Positions 62,563-64,000 of a stretch of 64,000 bases of DNA are shown here, one piece after another. The stretch is from Octopus sinensis. Taxonomy: Eukaryota. Below the pieces are notes generated by a model. The model saw nothing but the letters and a program-made list of their open reading frames with translations. It searched no databases and was not told the DNA's origin. The DNA lies in NCBI RefSeq assembly GCF_006345805.1, contig NC_043010.1, positions 55,552,001-55,616,000 of the forward strand. The letters are read 5' to 3'. Position numbers and translations under genes: made by a program. Each line of letters opens with the position of its first letter. The first letter of the stretch is position 1.

Positions 62563-62927
62563 ATATTTACAAATGGGTAACATAACTTCGAAGATTCGAC
62601 CTGCTAGTCTTCATTAGGCTGAAAAATGCTTGAATGTCAAAACTTCAAAATCTCTGCCATTACTCATTTTCGAAAGATTGATAAACATCAATACTACTAA
62701 AATGTATTGAGTAATTCTTCAACTGAGCGATTAATATATATTAGTTTTCATATGTAACTTCACATAAACGAAAACATTGATTTCGAAAATATATATTGAG
62801 AGAGAGGAAATAAATAGAGAGCGAGATATACATGTGTGCGTACGCAGCGTGAGAGAGAAAGAGATAGAGAGAGAGAGAGAGAGAGAGGTGGTGATGAAAG
62901 ATGCAAACAGAGTGACAGAGAGAGAAA

Positions 62928-63515
62928 CCTTTTCTACACTAGGCACAAGGCCCGAAATTTTGGTGGAGGGTACTTAATTTATCGACCTCGAAAGGATGAA
63001 AAGCAAAGTCGACCTCGGCGGAATTTGAACTCAAAACGTATAGACAGACGAAATAACGCTAAGCATTTCGCCCGGCGTACTAACGTTTCTGCCAGCTCGC
63101 CGCCTTCTATGTAATCTTTTCTACTCGAGGCACAAACCCGAAATTTTGGGGGTGGGTGCCAGTCGATTAGATCGACCCCCCAGTACGAAACTGGTACTTA
63201 ATTCATCGACCTCGAAAGGATGAAAGTCAAAGTCGACCTCAGCGGAATTTGAACTCAGAACGTAAAGACAGACGAAATACATATTTCTTTATTACCCACA
63301 AGGGGCTAAACGCAGAGAGAGAAAAACAAGGACAGACAAACGGATTAAGTCGATTACATTGACCCCAGTGCGTAACTGGTACTTAATTTTATCGACCTCG
63401 AAAGGATGAAAGGCAAAGTCGACCTCGGCGGAACTTGAACTCAGAACGTAATGACAGACGAAATACTGTTAAGCATTTCGCCCGGCATGCTAACGTTTCT
63501 GCCAGCTCGCCGCCT
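62928..63515 (-). mobile_element. SINE-A cluster: two headed copies, one with tandem units and mixed tails
   Basis: Heads at about 63515 and 63105; units carry both tail types (CCCCTTGTGGG and CCCCAAAATTTCGGG). Confidence 0.85.
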
Positions 63516-64000
63516 TAATATGTTCAAATATTATAATACTTCCCTTTGTGGTTAAGAAGATCGCTTTGCAACGACGTGATTTCGGTTCTATTGCGAAGAA
63601 CGCGTCTCCCACTGTAGATGCCAAATGATTTATGAGTGAATTTAATTAACGTCATACATGAGAACGCGGGCGCGGTTGCGTGCATGGTTTTCGCAGAGTT
63701 TTCTCCAGAAAATTCCAAACAAAAGACATTGGTCAATACAAGACAATCCCACAAGATACTTGCAAAATATACTGATTAAACAACAGAATCGAACCCGGCC
63801 CGATTCTATATATTATTATAACCACACCACCAACTATCACTTTTTGTCTGCCTGTCTGTCTGTCTGTATGTGTCTGTCTGTCTCACTCTCTCTCTCACTC
63901 TCTCTTTTTCTCTCCATCTCCCTGTGTCTATTTGTCTGTTTCTCTCTCTATATATATATACAAGCATACACACACACTCACACCACACACCACACACACA

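Overview
AT-rich, microsatellite-saturated animal genomic DNA with a 100-N scaffold gap at 857-956. The repeat landscape resembles an Octopus (cephalopod) genome; this is an inference, not verified. I found no credible host exon, tRNA/rRNA gene or CRISPR array, and the supplied ORFs I could account for are microsatellite or repeat read-throughs. The window is a dense graveyard of mobile elements. (1) Four tRNA-headed SINE families, named here SINE-A, -B, -C and -D, total about 35 copies. (2) Decayed LINE fragments come from several clades: CR1-like x2, R4/Dong-like RLE elements x2-4, RTE/BovB-like, RTE-X-like and L1/Tx1-like. (3) There is a Helitron RepHel helicase fossil and a complete non-autonomous Helitron. 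(4) There are two mariner MITEs. (5) Several Penelope-type inverted-repeat elements and about eight minimal type-I hammerhead-ribozyme-like motifs are present. The most interesting signals are these hammerhead motifs, some sitting in fold-back elements; one SINE head/body carrying at least five different 3' tails; a SINE-B tail matching the 3' end of a CR1-like LINE in this window, with a covarying hairpin; and retroelements sitting inside (TAA)n or (CTG)n tracts. All alignments were made by eye and coordinates are approximate to a few bases.
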